From Myxococcales bacterium (lineage in GTDB: Bacteria > Myxococcota_A > Bradymonadia > REDH01): a stretch of DNA of 64,000 nucleotides. The DNA lies in contig JACKDJ010000014.1 in the NCBI GenBank assembly GCA_020633625.1, positions 18,035 to 82,034 of the forward strand, given 5' to 3'. The position numbers were made by a program, and so were the translations under genes. Shown here in pieces: positions 58,863-64,000 of the stretch. The notes below the pieces were generated by a model. That model was not told the DNA's origin, searched no databases, and saw only the letters and a program-made list of their open reading frames with translations. Each line of letters begins with the position of its first letter. The stretch's first letter is position 1.

Positions 58863-59369
58863 TCAGCGAGAGCAGCAGATTGGGACGATTTCGACGGAGT
58901 CGGAGGCGGACGCACCGGTTGAATCCACCACGGTGACACGCAGGGTCGCCGCCGTGCCGGAGAGAGCGTCAGGGTCCTGGTCCGCGTGCAGGATGACAGC
59001 GACGCCGGCGTAGTCGATGCGACCGTCGATTGCTACAGGAGAGTCCTCGTAGGACGCGCTCGCGACTTCGACGCCGCCGACGTCGAGGCCGAAGTCGATC
59101 GCCATCGTCCCAGGTTCGAGCCCCGTCGCCGCGAACCCTCCCCAGACGTGGTAGCCGCCCTGGATGCCCTGGATGATCGGGACGTCCTGTCCGCAGACGA
59201 GGGGTTCGAGCTCGGGGAAGCCGGTGCCGATCTGGAGAACGGGCCCGACCGCCGGGTCCGTCGAGTCGCCGCCGGCGTCAACCGATCCGTCTGGCTCGGT
59301 GCCTTCTACGCTGCCGCAGGCCGAGAAGGCCAACGCGAGCAGGGCGGCCACTGGAGCGAGTCTGAGCAT
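58863..59369 (-). CDS. Small secreted lipoprotein (168 aa), function unknown
   Basis: Lipobox MLRLAPVAALLALAFSACGS, non-biased composition. Confidence 0.5.
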   Translation of the reverse strand: MLRLAPVAALLALAFSACGSVEGTEPDGSVDAGGDSTDPAVGPVLQIGTGFPELEPLVCGQDVPIIQGIQGGYHVWGGFAATGLEPGTMAIDFGLDVGGVEVASASYEDSPVAIDGRIDYAGVAVILHADQDPDALSGTAATLRVTVVDSTGASASDSVEIVPICCSR

Positions 59370-59431
59370 CAGCTTGGGGAACAGGGGCCGGCAGATTCTC
59401 GTCGCGGAGTCACGCCGATGTCAAACCCCCA

Positions 59432-59782
59432 TCACAGCAGATTCACGCCGAACCTGCCGACGACGCGCGCGAACGCGAAGAAGCTCGCCACCGAGACGAC
59501 GGCCGAAACCGTGAGCGCCGGCCAAAAGCCGAGCCGCACGTGCACCGCCGGAAAAACGAGGAACATCGGCAGCGTCGGGACGACGTACCAGAACGTGTAC
59601 CACGCGTGGTCTCGGATCCGTGCTGGATCGACGCCCTCGAGCTGCATCCAGACAAGCGTCAGCACCGTGACCGTCGGGAGCGCCGCCAGCACACCCCCGA
59701 TGCGCGAGTAGCGCGAGGCGATCTCCGAGAGCGCCACGACCAGAGTAGCGGTGACCGCCCATTTTACGACCAGCCAAACCAT
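59432..59782 (-). CDS. Small integral membrane protein (~116 aa, 3-4 TM helices; DUF3147-like)
   Basis: MVWLVVKWAVTATLVVALSEIASRY...VLTLVWMQLEG...WYTFWYVVPTLPMFLVFPAV... The upstream part of the ORF-track call is non-protein-like. Confidence 0.45.
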   Translation of the reverse strand: MVWLVVKWAVTATLVVALSEIASRYSRIGGVLAALPTVTVLTLVWMQLEGVDPARIRDHAWYTFWYVVPTLPMFLVFPAVHVRLGFWPALTVSAVVSVASFFAFARVVGRFGVNLL

Positions 59783-59906
59783 CAGCGTTGCGCCTGGGAT
59801 ACGAGGTCCAGCGAGCTCCCGCGAGGCTAGATCAGACTGCGAACCGAGTCGACGCCGTCCCACGTCCGGGCTAGTCTCGGAGGTGCCCCGCCGCCCGAGG
59901 AAGCCG

Positions 59907-60524
59907 ATGCGCCGAGTCCACCGTGCCCTGTTCGCTGCCAATGCGCTCTCGCTCGCCGCCGCTGCGTCCGGCTGCCAGCCGAAGGACCTGCCGGTCATCC
60001 CGCTGAGCGAGGTCTGCGCGACCGCGGAGTACGGGACGACCGTCTCGACGGCGGGCTTCCTCGTCGCGCCCGGCAGCATGATGAGCTGCGACGGGACCAC
60101 CTGCGAGATGGCGCTCTCGGACCGCGGGATCGGCGGCAACACCAACCTCCGTATCGACGTTCGGCTCGGGCGCGGAAAGAACGCGATGATCGAGCCGCCG
60201 GACCGGTGGTCGGCGTCGGACCTCGCCGTCAAAGACAACGACGGCGTCACTCACCCCGTCGGCGACTGGATCATCGTCCAGGGACGCATCCTCAATGGCG
60301 GCGGGGCCTGCCTCATTACGCCGGTCTCGTTCGTGCTCTCGGGTACGCCGGGCGGTGCGCCGGAGGGCAGCGGGGCGACAGCACCCCCGGCGACGGTCGC
60401 GCCAAGCGCAGTCCCGCCGCCGCCGAACCCACCTCCCGCGCCGGTCGCCGCACCGCCCGCGGCCGCGCCGACCGGCTCCGCGAAGCCACCCGCGGCAGCT
60501 CCCGCGGCTCCTTCAAAGCCCTGA
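59907..60524 (+). CDS. Lipoprotein with a Pro/Ala-rich C-terminal tail
   Basis: MRRVHRALFAANALSLAAAASGCQP lipobox. ...PPPPNPPPAPVAAPPAAAPTGSAKPPAAAPAAPSKP tail. Confidence 0.5.
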   Translation: MRRVHRALFAANALSLAAAASGCQPKDLPVIPLSEVCATAEYGTTVSTAGFLVAPGSMMSCDGTTCEMALSDRGIGGNTNLRIDVRLGRGKNAMIEPPDRWSASDLAVKDNDGVTHPVGDWIIVQGRILNGGGACLITPVSFVLSGTPGGAPEGSGATAPPATVAPSAVPPPPNPPPAPVAAPPAAAPTGSAKPPAAAPAAPSKP

Positions 60525-60625
60525 GCCACGCGCGTTCGGCGCCGTCATGCGCCGCGGGGGTCCTTGCGAGAACGTCGGCCGTGGGGTAGGTCGCGCGCGC
60601 CGCACCGCCTCTCCCCGGAGCCCCG

Positions 60626-62548
60626 ATGTCTACCGGTTTCGCCGCCGCCTCGCTCGCGCCTGACGCCCTCTCGGACCTCGCCGCGCGCCGATCGGTCGCA
60701 GCGGCAGACATCGTGCGGCTGGTGTCGCTCGCGACTTGCGGGCACCCGGGCGGCAGCCTGTCGACGATCGACGCGCTGCTGACGATCTACGCGCACGGAA
60801 ACCTCTCTAGCGCGGCGCCGCGCGACCCGGATCGTGACCGCGTCGTCGTCTCGCACGGGCACGTCTCCCCCGCCGTCTACGCGACGCTGGCGAACTTCGG
60901 CTACTTCGACATCCATGACGCCTACGTCGGCTTCCGGCGCGCGGGCTCCCGGTTCGGCGGTCACGTCGAGTCCGTCGTGCCCGGCGTGGAGTGGAACACC
61001 GGCAACCTCGGCCAGGGACTCTCGGCTGGCTGCGGATTCGCGCTCGCCGCGCGCCTAAACGGCCGCAGCTACCGCACGTTCGTCCTGATGGGAGACGGTG
61101 AGCAGCAGAAGGGGCAGGTCTCGGAGGCGCGCCGGTTCGCGGCCAAGTACCGTCTGTCGAGCCTCGTCGCGCTGGTCGACGTCAACGGGCTGCAGATCGG
61201 CGGAAACACCGCCGACATCATGCCCATCGACCTCGCCGCGGTGTGGGAAGCGGATGGTTGGAACGTGATCCATGTCGACGGGCACGACTTCGCGGCGCTC
61301 TACGACGCCCTCCGCAAGGCGACGCACGGTGGGACGGAATCGCCAGACCGTCCGACCGTCCTCCTGCTCCGAACCGTCATGGGGAAGGGGATCCCGAAGA
61401 TCGAGAACGACGCGAAGTACCACGGCCAGGCGCTCCCCGACGCACTCGCGCTCGAGGCGATCGCCGCGTTCGGGCAGGAGCCGAACCTGGCAGAGCTGCG
61501 CGCCCGGCGCGCCGCCGCGTCGGTGGGCCACGACGACCACACCATCCCGGTGGACCGCGACATTCGGGTGACGCCCGGGACGCCACGCACCTACGCGGCG
61601 GGCCTCGTCACGGACTGCCGCAGCGCGTACGGCGATGCGCTCCACGATCTCGCCGTGGCGAACGGGAGCGGTGGCTGGCCGATCGTGGGCCTGTCGTGCG
61701 ACCTCGAGGGGTCGGTGAAGATGAACGCGTTTCACAAGGAGACGCCCGATCGCTTCGTCGAGGTCGGGATCATGGAGCATCACGCCGCGGTCTTGGCCGG
61801 CGCGCTCTCGAAGGAGGGGATCGTCCCGTTCCTGTCGACCTTCGGCATGTTCGCGACGGCCGAGACATACAACCAGCAGCGCCTGAACGACCAGAACGGC
61901 GCCGCCCCGAAGGTCGTCGTCACGCACTGCGGCCTCGACGTCGGCGAAGACGGCCCCACCCACCAGTGCATCGACTACGTCGGGCTGATGCGCGGCACGT
62001 TCGGGTTCGAGATCTACAGCCCCGCCGACGCTAACGAGTGCGACCGGATCGTGCGGTACGCGGCGACGCGGTACGCGCCGATCGTCGTCGCGATGGGCCG
62101 CTCGAAGCTCCCGACCATCGGTGCGCCCACCGGCGAGCCGGCCCTCGCTGGCGACTTCGTTCCCGGTCGCTGGACGACGCTCCGCCCGGGGGACGACGCC
62201 GTCGTCTTCGCGTTCGGCGCGATGGTCTACCGCGCGGTCGAGGCGTCGGACACGCTCGCAGCCGAAGGGTTTGGCCTTCGGGTCGTGAACGCGTCGAGCC
62301 TCCAGCCGGTCGACGTCGAGTGCATCCTCGAGTGCGCTCGCACCGCGAAGAAGCTGCTGACCTACGAGGACCACAACGTGAACACGGGGCTGGGCGCCAT
62401 CGTGGCTGCGACGCTGGGCGACGCGGGCGTTGCGGCGAAGCTCCAGCGGCTCGGGGTCTCGCGGTACGGCACCAGCGGCACACCCGACGAGCTGTTCGCC
62501 GCGCAGGGTCTGGCGGTGGCCGACCTGATCGCAGCAGCGCGGAAGTAG
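60626..62548 (+). CDS. tkt: Transketolase (single-chain, N- and C-terminal halves fused)
   Basis: TPP-binding region GHPGGSLS...SHGH...GDGEQQKGQVSEA and a C-terminal pyrimidine-binding/transketolase-C region. 640 aa. Confidence 0.7.
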   Translation: MSTGFAAASLAPDALSDLAARRSVAAADIVRLVSLATCGHPGGSLSTIDALLTIYAHGNLSSAAPRDPDRDRVVVSHGHVSPAVYATLANFGYFDIHDAYVGFRRAGSRFGGHVESVVPGVEWNTGNLGQGLSAGCGFALAARLNGRSYRTFVLMGDGEQQKGQVSEARRFAAKYRLSSLVALVDVNGLQIGGNTADIMPIDLAAVWEADGWNVIHVDGHDFAALYDALRKATHGGTESPDRPTVLLLRTVMGKGIPKIENDAKYHGQALPDALALEAIAAFGQEPNLAELRARRAAASVGHDDHTIPVDRDIRVTPGTPRTYAAGLVTDCRSAYGDALHDLAVANGSGGWPIVGLSCDLEGSVKMNAFHKETPDRFVEVGIMEHHAAVLAGALSKEGIVPFLSTFGMFATAETYNQQRLNDQNGAAPKVVVTHCGLDVGEDGPTHQCIDYVGLMRGTFGFEIYSPADANECDRIVRYAATRYAPIVVAMGRSKLPTIGAPTGEPALAGDFVPGRWTTLRPGDDAVVFAFGAMVYRAVEASDTLAAEGFGLRVVNASSLQPVDVECILECARTAKKLLTYEDHNVNTGLGAIVAATLGDAGVAAKLQRLGVSRYGTSGTPDELFAAQGLAVADLIAAARK

Positions 62549-62749
62549 GCCGCGAGAGCGGCCGACGGTGGGGCGCAACATTGAGCGCGGTCTGACGACG
62601 TGGGGCGTGGCGCGCGTCCACATCCTCGACGCTGCGCGGCTCGAGAGCGACGGGACCTGGGGGTCGTCCGTTTCGCCGCGAACCCTCCCGGCGACGCCTC
62701 CCAAGACCTGTTGGCCGAGTTGCAACGTGACCGAAAGATCTCTAGCTCT

Positions 62750-63058
62750 CAACTTGAGCGCATAAGCGAGGCCATAGTGAACGACACCATCCCGAACACC
62801 GGGAAGCGCGAGCGAAAGACGGCCGCTCAGATCATGGTCGACCACGGTCGAAAGCTCGGACGCGCCGAGGGAGAGAGGCTCGGACGCGCCGAGGGAGAGA
62901 GGCTCGGACGCGCCGAGGGACACGAGCGCGGACGCATCGGGCTGCTACAGCAAATCGCACAAGCAACGCTGAGTCCCGACGCGATCGACGCACTGGGCTC
63001 CGATCCGTCGCTCGAAGACCTCGAGCGTGCGCTCGCAGGGCGGGTGCCCGGGCTCTAG
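62750..63058 (+). pseudogene. Possible remnant of an Rpn/YhgA-like (PD-(D/E)xK 'transposase_31', DUF4351-type C-terminus) gene
   Basis: …GRKLGRAEGERLGRAEGERLGRAEGHERGRIGLLQQIAQATLSPDAIDALGSDPSLEDLERALAG resembles the repetitive C-terminus of Rpn-family proteins. There is no credible N-terminal nuclease domain or start. Contains 3 x 24-bp DNA repeats at ~62866-62937. Weak call. Confidence 0.25.
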
Positions 63059-63064
63059 GCCCGC

Positions 63065-63520
63065 TCACCTAGCGAGGTTCGCCTCGTACCGCGAGACCCA
63101 GGCGTCCGGCGTCACTCGCCCGCAAAGCTCACTGATCAGAGCGTAGGGGATGTCGGCGACTTTCTTGAACCGGACACAGCTCTTTCCCATGTCGAGCTTC
63201 GTCCGCGCGTGCTTGGGGTACTCGGCCTGGAACCAAGCGAGGAGCTCCGCGTCCGCGTACATTCCCATGTGGTAGAGCGCGACGAAGTTCTTCTGCGAGG
63301 CGATGCTCAGGAACGGCAACGGGTCGGTGGGGTTGCAGTGGTAGCCCTTCGGGTACCGTGAGAGCGGCACCACCCACGAGGGCATGCCATACTGGATGCG
63401 CGGTTCGAAGCCGGGCGGCAAAGCCGCGTCGATGACCTCGCGCAGGCGCGTCATCACGTCGCGGCGGTCGTCTGGGAGCGCCGCCAGATAGGCCTCGATC
63501 GACGTCGCTGAGCTCGGCAT
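63065..63520 (-). CDS. DUF1801 (YdhG-like) domain protein
   Basis: MPSSATSIEAYLAALPDDRRDVMTRLREVIDAALP... typical DUF1801 N-terminus. The upstream ORF-track extension is not protein-like. Confidence 0.5.
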   Translation of the reverse strand: MPSSATSIEAYLAALPDDRRDVMTRLREVIDAALPPGFEPRIQYGMPSWVVPLSRYPKGYHCNPTDPLPFLSIASQKNFVALYHMGMYADAELLAWFQAEYPKHARTKLDMGKSCVRFKKVADIPYALISELCGRVTPDAWVSRYEANLAR

Positions 63521-63719
63521 GGGGGCACACTCGAAAGAAAGAGGAATGTGACCCCTCAAGCCGTACACGCTCGTCACAGCGCGCGCCACGTTGGCGGCAC
63601 ACACGTCTGCGTTGGCGAGGTTTGCGTGGTTCAGGCAACTCTCGGACGCTCGAGGACGCGGCCGGTAGTCGCTCCGGTCGCCGGCGCCGCGGGGCGCGAG
63701 CCGCTTCACTCCCGCGGCG

Positions 63720-64000
63720 ATGTCTGGTAAGCGCTCGCGGTCCGCTCTAGGTGGTTCGCCACCTGCACTGTCGGAGACCGCCATCGGCACCAACGTCCAC
63801 GGAAACGTCCAGTCGCTCAAGGCCAGCCAGCGACGCGCTCTGGAGAAGCTCGGCGAGCGCCGACTCAAGGCCGATGTGCCGCTCACGCCGGAGCTCGCCT
63901 CGCAACTCGCGGAGCTCAGCGACGAGACGCGACGCGCAGTCGGCGTCCTGATCGACCGGCGTGGCCGCGTCGAGAGTGTCGTCGTCGGTGACGCTCGACG
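63720..64000 (+). CDS. rsgA: Ribosome small-subunit-dependent GTPase A (RsgA/YjeQ), 5' partial (continues past the window end)
   Basis: MSGKRSRSALGGSPPALSETAIGTNVHGNVQSLKASQRRALEKLGERRLK...RAVGVLIDRRGRVESVVVGDA parallels the E. coli RsgA N-terminus (…KGQQRRVNANHQRRLK…GIVISRFGMHADVESADG…). Confidence 0.45.
   Translation, partial: MSGKRSRSALGGSPPALSETAIGTNVHGNVQSLKASQRRALEKLGERRLKADVPLTPELASQLAELSDETRRAVGVLIDRRGRVESVVVGDAR

Noticed and set aside
62568-62765. 65-aa ORF upstream of the Rpn-like remnant
   Set aside because: Short, with no motifs. It lies in the same decayed region and was not called separately.

Overview
Approximately 70% GC chromosome segment. A MYXO-CTERM-type C-terminal sorting signal and Myxococcus-type Cys-rich repeat lipoproteins point to a myxobacterium (Myxococcota). 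The first ~21.5 kb is an accessory defence island. An IS3-family insertion sequence (flanked by an ACG direct repeat) has split an AlbA_2/Schlafen-like gene that lies just downstream of a complete class 1 DISARM operon (drmD-drmMI-drmA-drmB-drmC, minus strand, genes overlapping). An HExxH lipoprotein gene lies on the opposite strand inside that operon, between drmMI and drmA. A degenerate 69-bp tandem repeat array sits upstream of drmD. A lower-GC gene block of about 60% is transcribed divergently from drmD. It carries a DUF262 (ParB/GmrSD-like) protein, a 140-aa orphan, and a translationally coupled minimal ABC/AAA_21-like ATPase plus small PD-(D/E)xK-like protein pair. The ATPase-nuclease pair is the best candidate for an uncharacterised defence module. 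The island ends at a lipoprotein plus ferritin-like two-gene operon. The next ~10.4 kb is a single gene for a ~3470-aa secreted beta-helix / tandem Ig-like-repeat protein with a MYXO-CTERM. Downstream are mostly housekeeping and envelope genes: acyl-CoA synthetase, thiO-thiS, two Cys-rich repeat lipoproteins, a VWA lipoprotein, an ISAs1-family transposase, a terB-like plus astB pair bracketed by ~87-bp near-perfect inverted repeats, DUF2804, a lamin-tail-domain lipoprotein, a DEAD-box helicase, murD, a Kelch lipoprotein, transketolase, an Rpn-like remnant, DUF1801 and the 5' end of rsgA. All calls are from reading the sequence and ORF translations by eye; no searches were run.
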